From Candidatus Bathyarchaeia archaeon (lineage in GTDB: Archaea; Thermoproteota; Bathyarchaeia; TCS64): DNA of 64,000 bases. This document shows, one piece after another, positions 30,179-38,946 of the stretch. Numbering within the stretch: the first letter of the stretch is position 1; each line of letters begins with the position of its first letter. The translations under genes and the position numbers were made by a program. The notes under the pieces were generated by a model, which made no database searches, had not been told where the DNA came from, and saw nothing but the letters and a program-made list of their open reading frames with translations. The DNA lies in NCBI GenBank assembly GCA_050014495.1, contig JBEKDF010000001.1:1-64000 (forward strand), written 5' to 3'.

Positions 30179-31413
30179 TTAGGTTACTGCCCTAACCACT
30201 CCCGACAAGAGATCCTTGACGAGGATGTCACGCTGCTCCCTCTGTGGATTATTGTTTCCGAGTCTAGCGATCACGAGGTCAAGGCTCGGGATGACATAGC
30301 AGTCGTTTACGTTATGACCCCTCGATGCGAATGTGTCCATGGGAACGCCATCCCACTCATCCTGCATCCAAAACGTGTAGCCATAATTCATCGGCGTGCT
30401 CCCATCGGGACGCTTGAAACGTGTAGTCGCCTGATTAATCCACTTCTCAGGCACCAACTGCCTCTTGTCCCATCTACCTTTTCTCAGCCACAGATACCCC
30501 AGCCTCGCAAAGTCTCGGGCGCTGCACCTGAAGGTGCTCCCAACCACAGTGTTATACCCGATCGAGCTGCTGCTCCTATTGGCACCATAAGCGTTACATC
30601 CGGTGCTGCCACCCACACCCCAGCCTGGCTGATCTGAGTAGTTGAGTTCCCGCTCGTCTGAGTAGGGCATCTCCCTGTAGAAGTTGTCACAGAGCTCTAA
30701 GGGCATCCCAATCTCCCTGAGGATTCGCTCCCACGCGTATCGCCCCACCTCCATACCTGAGATGTTGCGCATCGCGAGGGCTAGCTGCTCGAGGCCGAAG
30801 TTGCTGTAGTTGAACCCATACCCGGGCTCGAAGAGCAGCTTATGCTGCGCTGGTACCCTTCGAATCGCCACCAGCCAAAGCAGTACTCGTACATCTGGTA
30901 GGGGCCCTCGTAGCCAATGGCGTGGCTTCGTTGGCTGGGAGCGAGCCAGGGTTCGGTGGACTCGTGCCCGGAGGTCATGGATAGGACGTGCTTCACCTTT
31001 ATCCTCGTCTTTCGATCGTCGGTGATGTGCTGTTCCCAGATCTGTGGGATCAGGGATTCCTCGCGGTTCGTCCCGATGAGGGGTGTGTCGAGGCTTACTC
31101 TGCTGCCGTATTCGTTTAGGAAGGCCCCGACCGTTGTTCCGAAGATCGACTTCGTCGATGATTTGACGTCGTTGCATGTGTCCCTTCCCCACGACTGAGG
31201 TCCGCCCTTCTCACCTGTAACGTAGTTCTCAACGATTATGTGTCCCTTGTATACGATGACGAGAGCCCCACCGTAGCTCTTGGTGGCTCCGTGGTTGTTG
31301 TGGCTGCTTATAGTTTGTTTAAGCAGAGTCTCGTTTACTCCAAGTTTCTTGGGATCGGTTACGCGCCAGCCTCCCTCGTGTTCAGGTGGGGGACAGTAAT
31401 CATCAGTTAACAA
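30179..31413 (-). pseudogene. Serine hydrolase, beta-lactamase (class C-like) family, one frameshift
   Basis: SxxK (SSTK), HVLSMTSG, YxN (FNYSN), SARDFARLG.L.L..G.W; frame change at CCC 30856-30858 (possible sequencing error). Confidence 0.8.
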
Positions 31414-31535
31414 TCTATTAGACCAAGTGTAGCTCCAGGTTATTCAATTATGTATGCACGCGCGTTCATTATGCCTACTAAAAGCGAAAACGTATATGAT
31501 ATATTGCACTAGCAAGTACAACATTGGGAGCTAAT

Positions 31536-31982
31536 ATGGTAAAAGCACTCGTACTATACCACTCACAACAGTACGGAAACACGGGCAAGATGGCAGAAGC
31601 TGTCGCGGAGGGGTTGAAAGGAGAGAAATGCGAAGTCACCATCCATAACACAAACGAGGGAAGATTCGACATAACAGAGTACCCACAGTATGACTGCGTC
31701 GCCTTTGGTACGCCAGATTACTTCAGCTACATGGCCGGGACGATGAAAACCTTCATGGACGACTGGTACATAAAGAGAAACGAACCGGGCTACCAACAGA
31801 GGCCATACATCGTCTTCTTCACCCATGGCGGAGGGGGTAGAGGAAAGGAAGCTCTAAGCCTATTCAACAGACTCGGGACCCAGGTGGGGAAAACCGTTGA
31901 GTGTCAGGGCACCCCTAATGCTCAGGTTTTGAAGGAGTGTAAGGCACTAGGCACAGAACTGGGGAAAGCAGCCAAACAATAA
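31536..31982 (+). CDS. Flavodoxin/WrbA-like flavoprotein
   Basis: YHSQQYGNTGKMAEAVAEG, AFGTPDYFSYMAG, FFTHGGGG. Confidence 0.85.
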   Translation: MVKALVLYHSQQYGNTGKMAEAVAEGLKGEKCEVTIHNTNEGRFDITEYPQYDCVAFGTPDYFSYMAGTMKTFMDDWYIKRNEPGYQQRPYIVFFTHGGGGRGKEALSLFNRLGTQVGKTVECQGTPNAQVLKECKALGTELGKAAKQ

Positions 31983-32035
31983 ATGCGCGCGTGCCGCTAA
32001 TCAGATTCATATAGATCTCTTTGAAAAAAAGGATT

Positions 32036-32111
32036 TGGTGGACTGGGGGGGATTTGAACCCCCGACTTCCTGATTGCAAGTCAGGCGATCATACCACTGA
32101 TCTACCAGCCC
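32036..32111 (-). tRNA. tRNA-Ala(UGC), intron-less, CCA encoded
   Basis: Reverse complement GGGCTGGTAGATCAGTGGTATGATCGCCTGACTTGCAATCAGGAAGTCGGGGGTTCAAATCCCCCCCAGTCCACCA; anticodon TGC, G3:U70 alanine identity pair, GTTCAAATC T-loop. Confidence 0.97.
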
Positions 32112-32125
32112 GCCGAAGATACTCT

Positions 32126-32135
32126 TTAGAGTCTA
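32126..32135 (-). promoter_or_regulatory. Probable archaeal TATA-box region of the tRNA-Ala promoter (approximate; best TTAAAA lies at 32138-32143)
   Basis: Minus-strand TTAAAA lies about 27-32 nt upstream of the mature tRNA 5' end; exact boundaries uncertain. Confidence 0.35.
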
Positions 32136-32153
32136 GATTTTAACCTATTGGAC

Positions 32154-33284
32154 TCAGATGAGGTAAACCTCGGGCTTGAGCCCCGTGACCCTAGCGTACC
32201 AGGCAGGTACCTCCTCGACGAACTCCGCGACGTTTCGTAGGTGTAAAAGGTTGATAGTGCATCCACCCCAACCCGCCCCTGTGAGGCGTGCACCCAGAAC
32301 GTAGCCTGTCTCGTGAGCGTGGTCGACGAGGGCGTCGAGCTCCGGACAGCTCACCTCATAGTCCTCCCTGAGGCTCTTATGTGATTCATACATCAGGGCC
32401 CCAACCTTAGCAGGATAGTCTATCTCCATTGCAGCCATCGCGGATAACACCCTCTCGTTTTCGAGGACCACATGCCGGCACCTCTTATACACGACCCCAG
32501 ACATCCCACCAGATGCCTTCTCTAAGTCTGCGATTGTTGCGTCCCTAAGCGAAAAAATCTTGGGGTTCACCCTCTTTATAGCCAAAACTCCCGTACTACA
32601 CTGCTGAACCCTCTCATTATAGGCAGAGGAATCCAACTTCCTCTTGATCCCGGTATGGATGGCGACGAGGGCATAACCGTCCGGTATCTTGACATTCCTA
32701 TGCTTGTTCGTCTTACAGTCTATCAGAAGGGCGTGACCAGGCTTCCCCAGGGAGGCGCAGAACTGGTCCATTATCCCGCTTTGCAGCCCAATGAAGTCGT
32801 TCTCAGCAGACTTCCCAATATAGGCAAGCTGAACGGGTGAGACTTTGAGGTCGAAGAGCCCCACTAAAGCCCTAGTAGTTGCGACCTCAAGTGCAGCACT
32901 CGAGCTGAGGCCTGCCGCCTGCGGCACATCACCCTTTATGACCAGGTCGACTCCATGCAGGCGGAGCCCCTTTCTTTGCATTGCATCAACGACCCCCATG
33001 ACGTAATTTGCCCAACGCCTCTCCCCACTAAATTCCTGCTTACCGAGGGTGAAGCTGTAGCTCTCCCCGTAGTCCTTCGCGTAGAGCCTGAACTCCTCGT
33101 CGCCCCGCATCCGGCAGGCAACCCAGACCCGGTGGCTAATAGGGGTGGGTAGGACGAATCCCTCGTTGTAGTCTGTGTGTTCACCGATTATGTTGACTCT
33201 GCCAGGAGCGCTCGCAACGGTGATCCCCTCATGAGAATCATACTTCTCCTCGAAGACGCTGAGCATCTCCGCCTCATCCGTCAA
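32154..33284 (-). CDS. galK: Galactokinase
   Basis: APGRVNIIGEHTDYNEG, P.AAGLSSSAA, GIMDQ, YEVSCPELD, GARLTGAGWGG; TTG start inferred. Confidence 0.95.
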   Translation of the reverse strand: MTDEAEMLSVFEEKYDSHEGITVASAPGRVNIIGEHTDYNEGFVLPTPISHRVWVACRMRGDEEFRLYAKDYGESYSFTLGKQEFSGERRWANYVMGVVDAMQRKGLRLHGVDLVIKGDVPQAAGLSSSAALEVATTRALVGLFDLKVSPVQLAYIGKSAENDFIGLQSGIMDQFCASLGKPGHALLIDCKTNKHRNVKIPDGYALVAIHTGIKRKLDSSAYNERVQQCSTGVLAIKRVNPKIFSLRDATIADLEKASGGMSGVVYKRCRHVVLENERVLSAMAAMEIDYPAKVGALMYESHKSLREDYEVSCPELDALVDHAHETGYVLGARLTGAGWGGCTINLLHLRNVAEFVEEVPAWYARVTGLKPEVYLI

Positions 33285-33288
33285 ACAC

Positions 33289-34329
33289 TCACCCCGCGTG
33301 GAACCTGAACACAGTCCTCTCGCCGTACTTCTCCCCCGGCCTAAGCACAGTGGTGGGAAAACCTGGCTGGTTGGGTGAATCAGGGTAGTGCTGAGTCTCG
33401 AGACAAAGACCACTATGTTTCGAGTATACTCGCCCCTTCCCATTCATACTTCCGTCCAAGAAGTTCCCCGTGTAGAACTGGACACCGGGCTGCGTCGTTA
33501 GCACAACCATAGCCCGCCCACTCAAAGGGTCCCTCACAGTCGCTGTCCTCCTAAGCTTCCCTGACTCCCCAATTATAACCCAGTTACAGTCATAGCCTCC
33601 GCCAATGACGATCTGCTCGTCACGTGAGTTGATCCGCTCACCAATCTTGTGGGGACCCCTGAAGTCCATTGAAGTTCCAGCTACGCTCCTCAACTCACCA
33701 GTTGGGATCAGCCCCCTTCCAATGGGAGTGAAGTAATCAGCATCCAAAGTCAAGTCGTGCCCAAGGACATCTCCGGTGCACGCCAGGTTGAAGTATGTGT
33801 GGTTTGTGAGGTTGACGACCGTGGGCTTATCGGTCGTTGCATGATAATCAATTATCAGCTCCGATTCCTTGAGGGAGTATTCGACCTCAGCACGAAGCTC
33901 CCCAGGGTACCCCTCCTCCCCATCACCGCTAATGTAGATGAGTCTAAGCGAGTCGCCCCAGACTTCCCCACGCCAAAGGACCTTATCGAAGCCCCTGAAA
34001 CCACCGTGGAGACTGTTCTCCCCGTCGTTCTTAGCTAACTGGTACTCGTGGCCGTCGAGGGTGAATCTAGCCCCACCTATCCTATTCGCGTAGCGACCTA
34101 CGATGCAACCAAAATAAGGGTGAGGACCCAAGTAGCCCTCAAGAGACTCAAAGCCATGAACAATATCCCCCATCACACCCTGGCAGTCGGGAACCTTAAT
34201 CGAGGTGATAGTGGCACCGTAGTTCATCACCTGGACTTCAATCCCACTCGTGGAGAGGGTGTAAAGGTCTACATCACGCCCGTCTGGGAGCATCCCAAAG
34301 GAGTCCCTCAGTATACCCATGTGTTTCAA
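33289..34329 (-). CDS. galM: Aldose 1-epimerase (galactose mutarotase)
   Basis: GRYANRI, LHGG, DGEEGYPG, NLTNHTYFNL, QFYTGNFL, CLETQH.PDSPN. Confidence 0.95.
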   Translation of the reverse strand: MKHMGILRDSFGMLPDGRDVDLYTLSTSGIEVQVMNYGATITSIKVPDCQGVMGDIVHGFESLEGYLGPHPYFGCIVGRYANRIGGARFTLDGHEYQLAKNDGENSLHGGFRGFDKVLWRGEVWGDSLRLIYISGDGEEGYPGELRAEVEYSLKESELIIDYHATTDKPTVVNLTNHTYFNLACTGDVLGHDLTLDADYFTPIGRGLIPTGELRSVAGTSMDFRGPHKIGERINSRDEQIVIGGGYDCNWVIIGESGKLRRTATVRDPLSGRAMVVLTTQPGVQFYTGNFLDGSMNGKGRVYSKHSGLCLETQHYPDSPNQPGFPTTVLRPGEKYGERTVFRFHAG

Positions 34330-34399
34330 TCAACAACCGGCTTTTAAAGAGATTAGGGTCAACGCATCGTTCATAAGTAGTGGAAACATAGGTGTCTGC

Positions 34400-35071
34400 G
34401 TGCGGCTCAAGGCTGTCGTCTTCGACCTCGACGGGACTTTGATCGATTCCAAGATCGACTTCGAGCACATGGCCGGATTGATCAGGGAGGTGCTATCCGC
34501 TGCTGGTGTCCCCGAAGAGCACCTCACGGATAGGAGGAAGATATACCAGATAATACGCGGAGGCGAGAGAGTGCTAGCTGAGATGGGAGTCGACCCAATC
34601 AAACTCCCAGCAATCACCTTGGAGATGGAGAGGATCATGAATCAAGTCGAACTTGAGGGGGCCCATCTCTCGAAGCCTATGAGGAACGCTAGGGAGACGT
34701 TGCGAATCTTGAGGAGCCGTGGACTCGGCATCGGAATAGCAACGAGGGGATGCAGAGAGTATGCTATCGAGAGCATGAGGCTGACCGGCATCCAGAACTA
34801 CGTGGACAAATGCCTCGCTCGAGATGAGGTACTCTACCCGAAGCCGGACCCCCGACACCTACTCGACGTCGTCACCCGCCTTGGAGCCAAAACCGACGAA
34901 GTCTTCTATGTCGGCGACACCTCCACGGATCTGGAGACCGCCAAATCAGCGAACGTCGAATTCATCGGCTACAAGAGGGATGAGGAGTGGGGGAAGAGAC
35001 TCACCGACGCTGGCTGCACGAGGATAGTTGAGGACCTCCTCGAAATAATAGAGATCGCCGACAGCTTCTAG
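34400..35071 (+). CDS. HAD-superfamily hydrolase (phosphoglycolate phosphatase-like)
   Basis: FDLDGTLIDS, ATR, KPDP, YVGD..TD. Confidence 0.85.
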   Translation: MRLKAVVFDLDGTLIDSKIDFEHMAGLIREVLSAAGVPEEHLTDRRKIYQIIRGGERVLAEMGVDPIKLPAITLEMERIMNQVELEGAHLSKPMRNARETLRILRSRGLGIGIATRGCREYAIESMRLTGIQNYVDKCLARDEVLYPKPDPRHLLDVVTRLGAKTDEVFYVGDTSTDLETAKSANVEFIGYKRDEEWGKRLTDAGCTRIVEDLLEIIEIADSF

Positions 35072-36075
35072 CCAAGACCAGCTGTAAAACGCTCAAGAGC
35101 CTCATCATCCGGGATGCTATTGATCCTCTTCTTGAAGTCCTCCGGCATCAGGTTCGACTTCAGACCACTATCCGTCACGATGCAAACTATGTCGCCCTTA
35201 TGCTTCGCCTTCAACGCACCGGCAACGCCAACTGCCCCAGTGGGGGAGGCATATATACCGTTGAGCGCGAGCAGCTCGAGGGCGTGGTAAACGTCGTCAT
35301 CGTCAACTACCCAACCATTCCCCCCAGTTGACCGAATCGCCTTCACGGCTTCGTCCTTCCTCTCAGAGACGGGGACGATGACACCCTCAGCGAGGATACT
35401 TTTAATCGGCTTATACTCCGTGAACTCCCCAGAGATTGGTGCACAAGCAGCGGATTGAACACAGTGTATCTCAGGGATATGCCCGACCTCCCCAGACTTC
35501 TCCATCTCCCTATATCCCCTAGTGATAGCGACCAGGTTCGTCCCGCTCCCAGTGGGCACGAAGATGGCCTCCGCATCAAGTTCATCCTTTAACTCGTATG
35601 AAGTCGTCTGAAACCCTGGTACGGCAGCGGGCTCGAGGGCGACCCCAATGTACCTTACACCAAGCTCCTTCGAGATGCGCCTCGCGTAGATGCGGGCAGT
35701 CTCCCTGTCAGCTACCTCCAATACCTCCGCGCCGTGCCATAAGACTTGAGTCTTCTTCTCCGCGTGGCTGTAGCCAGGCATCACAGCAACGAGCTTTATA
35801 CCAGCCCTGGCGCAGTATGCGGAGGTGCTTACAGCGGCGTTGCCACTCGAGTCGATGACGACCCGCTTCACACCCTCCTCAGCCACCTTGCTGATGAGGT
35901 ATGCAATGCCTCTGTCCTTGAAGCTGGAGGTCGGGTTCATCGCCTCCACCTTAGCCCAGATGCGGGTGCCCCTGAGCCTGATCAGAGGTGTGCTCCCCTC
36001 GCCAAGCGTCTGCCTCCACTCCTCCCTGATAGGCGGAAGCCTCTCAGCGAATCTCCATATTCCTATGGTCGTCAC
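35068..36075 (-). CDS. Fold-type II PLP enzyme, threonine/cysteate synthase-like (divergent)
   Basis: TLGEGSTPL, NPTSSFKDRG (PLP Lys), DSSGNAA, PTGSGTN; lacks the usual NPxR motif. Confidence 0.8.
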   Translation of the reverse strand: MTTIGIWRFAERLPPIREEWRQTLGEGSTPLIRLRGTRIWAKVEAMNPTSSFKDRGIAYLISKVAEEGVKRVVIDSSGNAAVSTSAYCARAGIKLVAVMPGYSHAEKKTQVLWHGAEVLEVADRETARIYARRISKELGVRYIGVALEPAAVPGFQTTSYELKDELDAEAIFVPTGSGTNLVAITRGYREMEKSGEVGHIPEIHCVQSAACAPISGEFTEYKPIKSILAEGVIVPVSERKDEAVKAIRSTGGNGWVVDDDDVYHALELLALNGIYASPTGAVGVAGALKAKHKGDIVCIVTDSGLKSNLMPEDFKKRINSIPDDEALERFTAGLG

Positions 36076-36121
36076 TGTCTATCTCGTCTTTGTGGGAAGC
36101 CTGGCTAAAAAGAATGGTGCC

Positions 36122-37627
36122 CTATTCTAGGGTCGCGACGACGAGTGCCGCCAGCTTCTCATCAGCGGAGTTAAGTTTCTTGGCTCTAGCCTCCAAGAAG
36201 TTGATATGTTCCCTCACCTTTTTCCTCTGTTCCTTAATCATCCTCGCCACCTCCTTGGGAGCGGGACCGCCGAGACTGTCGTGGCTGAGGGCGCACTCGA
36301 CTGGGTCAAGCACCTCCTCGAGGTCCTTCTTCTTCACCTTGACCTCTTTACCGATTGTCTCCCTCGAGACCTTGGAGAGGAGCTCGGGAGTGAGCTCAGC
36401 GAAGGACTCCTTGAGATAACCGCCCCTTATGAGCTTCTTCACCACAAGATAGCAACTGCGGAAGTCTATACCAGACTTGAAGGCGAGCTGCGTCGTTACA
36501 TCGGGTGCGGTGGCGAAGTTCCTCCCGCTTAAGCTCCTCATTCTCTCCTTGTTCAACTTCATAGTGGAGACGACGCCGCGTAAGACGGGAATAGTCTTCT
36601 CGACGATATCGACGGCCTCGAAAACGCAGCTCTTCGTCTCCTGAGTGTCCCGGTTATAACCACTAGGGAGAATATCCATGATGGCTATGACCTGGTTGAG
36701 CTTACTGTATACCTTAGGTGCTTTAGCCCTAACCATCTCGAGAGCGTCCGGGTTCCTGAGGTTAGGCTGGGCCGTGCCTCCCGTCGTATATCCGTCATCA
36801 AGCTCTATGAAGCCGAACTCGTAGCTCGACCAGAGTATAAGCTCCTGCACCATACGACGACAGTGGAGCATCAGCAAGCTGAGGTCGCATAGGAGCACTG
36901 CCTCTACCTCGCCCCGGCTGTTCGAGGCGTAGAGGCTGTTCTCCAAAACGCCGTCGAAGCCTAGGAGATCCGCCTCATACTGGCGGTCTATGGTGAGGTG
37001 GGTTCCCGCCATCTCAACGATACCGAGGGGGGAGTCGTTGATCTGCCCGAATGTGAACTCGAGACGCTCGATGTCGTCGAAAAGGTGGCTAACCTTCGCT
37101 GTGAGCCAGTGGGCAAGGGTGATGGGTTGACTGATCCTTAGGTGAGTGTAGCCAGGCATCACCGTCTCCAAGTTTCCATCAGCGAGTTCAAGCAGAGTGT
37201 CGATGAGCTTCAAAAGTTCAGTGATGACGACGTTAACGTGCTCACGCATGTACATGCGGGTGTCGGTGTAGATCTGGTCGTTCCGGGCTACGCCGAGACG
37301 TAGCCAGCCACCGTTCTCGATGCCAACATCCTTGATGACGGTGCTCTCAATGTTGCTGTGGACGTCCTCCAACTCCTTCTGGAGCTTGTACTCACCCTTT
37401 GCGTCGAGGACCCTGATCTTTTCAAGGCTCCCAAGCGTCTTCGCTAGGACGGAGCCCGATATGAGGCCCACCTTGTTGAGCATGAGCATGTGTGCCTCGA
37501 GGGTGTTGAGGTCATGTTTAATGAACTGCTGATCAAGGATGATGTCCTGCCCAGCCATGTACTCCTGGGCGATCTCCGTGGGGGCCCTGCCACCCTCGGA
37601 TAGCCATAGTGGGCCCTCGGGCTTCAT
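36122..37627 (-). CDS. Argininosuccinate lyase-like enzyme with altered signature loop
   Basis: EDVH..IE, RNDQ, MPGYTHL, LPSGYNRD are ArgH-like, but GSSxMPQKKNP reads GGTAQPNLRNP. Confidence 0.85.
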   Translation of the reverse strand: MKPEGPLWLSEGGRAPTEIAQEYMAGQDIILDQQFIKHDLNTLEAHMLMLNKVGLISGSVLAKTLGSLEKIRVLDAKGEYKLQKELEDVHSNIESTVIKDVGIENGGWLRLGVARNDQIYTDTRMYMREHVNVVITELLKLIDTLLELADGNLETVMPGYTHLRISQPITLAHWLTAKVSHLFDDIERLEFTFGQINDSPLGIVEMAGTHLTIDRQYEADLLGFDGVLENSLYASNSRGEVEAVLLCDLSLLMLHCRRMVQELILWSSYEFGFIELDDGYTTGGTAQPNLRNPDALEMVRAKAPKVYSKLNQVIAIMDILPSGYNRDTQETKSCVFEAVDIVEKTIPVLRGVVSTMKLNKERMRSLSGRNFATAPDVTTQLAFKSGIDFRSCYLVVKKLIRGGYLKESFAELTPELLSKVSRETIGKEVKVKKKDLEEVLDPVECALSHDSLGGPAPKEVARMIKEQRKKVREHINFLEARAKKLNSADEKLAALVVATLE

Positions 37628-37630
37628 CGC

Positions 37631-38827
37631 CTATCCTTCCTTGTACATAGCGAGAACCTGCGGGTTCGCCTTGATGAAGACGGCGTCCTCGAGCCCGTAG
37701 GGAACCTGGACGACGCTGTCCTTATCGTAGGGGATGATGAGGCTGTGCTTAGTGCTCCTCTTCATCATCTTGGTGTTACCCTTGTAGAGCTTGAGAGTCA
37801 CCTCGCCATTGACGTATCCCTGCATCTCCTCCTCGAATGCCTCAAGCCCCTTGATGAGGGGATTGAACCAGAAGGCATCGTATGCGAGCTTAGCCCATTT
37901 CTTGTCGACCTCGTCTTTGAAGATGAGGGTGTCCTTCGTAAGCACGATCCTCTCCAGCTCTTTGTGAGCCTCGACGAGGATCTGGGCAGCGGGGACCTCG
38001 TAGACCCACTTAAACTTGGTCCCGTAGATCCCGTCCTCGATCATATCGACACGCCCTATGCCATGCTTACCCCCAACTTCATTCAGGGTCATTATCAGCT
38101 CAACAGCGTCCATCTTCTCACCGTTGATGTGCGTCGGGATACCATCCTCGAACTTGAGGTTGATGATCTCAGCCTTGTCGGGCGCCTGCTCAAGTGGCAC
38201 CGTCCACTTGAAGCAACCCTCGGGAACCATCTTCTCGATGTCGTCGATGTCACCGTAGTTGATGGCGTTCCCCCAGAGGTTCTCGTCGTAGCTGAATGGC
38301 TGATCCTTACTGATTGGAACCGGGATATTATTCTGGTAGGCGTACGCGGCCTCCTCGTCCCGTGTAGGCCACCAGTCCGTGATGGGACTGACAATCTTCA
38401 GCTCAGGTGCGAAGTGCTTGAGGAAGACCATGAACCTGAAGTAGTCCGCGCCACGCCCCTTACAGCCATGGGCGATGTTGGCAGCCCCCTCCTTCTTCGC
38501 GATCTCAATCGCCTTGATAGCGATTATTGGCCTCGCTATACTCGTCGAGACGGGGTAGTAGTCACAGTAAAGAGCGTTAGCTTTTAGCGCCTTCCAAACG
38601 TACTTCTCGGCGAACTCCTTCTTGCAATCTACTGTGTAATGTTTCACTGCACCCAGCTTTAGGGCCTTATCCTCAAGTGCCTTGAAGTCAGCCTTTTGGC
38701 CGACATCCCCGAGGACAGTTATTACCTCGAGCCCATACTTATCCTGAAGCAGCTTCACGCAGACGGAGGTGTCTAGGCCCCCGCTGTACATTAAAACGAC
38801 TTTCTTGTTGTCAGTCATGGTCTTCAT
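37631..38827 (-). CDS. Argininosuccinate synthase-like enzyme with altered substrate pockets
   Basis: YSGGLDTS PP-loop, SYDENLWG, GGKHGIGRVD, YEVPAA, LKLYKG; HGCTGKGNDQVRF reads HGCKGRGADYFRF. Confidence 0.85.
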   Translation of the reverse strand: MKTMTDNKKVVLMYSGGLDTSVCVKLLQDKYGLEVITVLGDVGQKADFKALEDKALKLGAVKHYTVDCKKEFAEKYVWKALKANALYCDYYPVSTSIARPIIAIKAIEIAKKEGAANIAHGCKGRGADYFRFMVFLKHFAPELKIVSPITDWWPTRDEEAAYAYQNNIPVPISKDQPFSYDENLWGNAINYGDIDDIEKMVPEGCFKWTVPLEQAPDKAEIINLKFEDGIPTHINGEKMDAVELIMTLNEVGGKHGIGRVDMIEDGIYGTKFKWVYEVPAAQILVEAHKELERIVLTKDTLIFKDEVDKKWAKLAYDAFWFNPLIKGLEAFEEEMQGYVNGEVTLKLYKGNTKMMKRSTKHSLIIPYDKDSVVQVPYGLEDAVFIKANPQVLAMYKEG

Positions 38828-38946
38828 CCACTGAATTTGCGACGTCGTGGACTTAACAGGAGACACTATTATATATTTTACGACATATATGGTGCATTTA
38901 TATTTTAAATGTAATATTTAGAACAGATATCTCTTTTTTAGTGGGG

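Larger units (their letters stand above)
115..31994. repeat. Dispersed short alternating purine-pyrimidine (CG)n tracts (6-19 nt), concentrated in intergenic junctions
   Basis: Examples: 115-122, 166-174, 444-462, 573-581, 929-937, 1069-1077, 6718-6727, 7719-7730, 7765-7776, 9473-9482, 10026-10034, 17367-17379, 19427-19436, 21334-21341, 21887-21901, 22383-22392, 23637-23642, 24837-24842, 27099-27112, 30140-30150, 31449-31465, 31983-31994; also 47754-47767. Confidence 0.8.

Noticed and set aside
27060..32036. Intact provirus or integrative element at tRNA-Ala
   Set aside because: No duplicated tRNA 3' end (att) noticed, and no integrase, capsid or replication protein recognised
36122..38827. 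Plain argG/argH gene symbols
   Set aside because: Key substrate-binding and catalytic motifs are replaced in both proteins, so canonical function cannot be assumed
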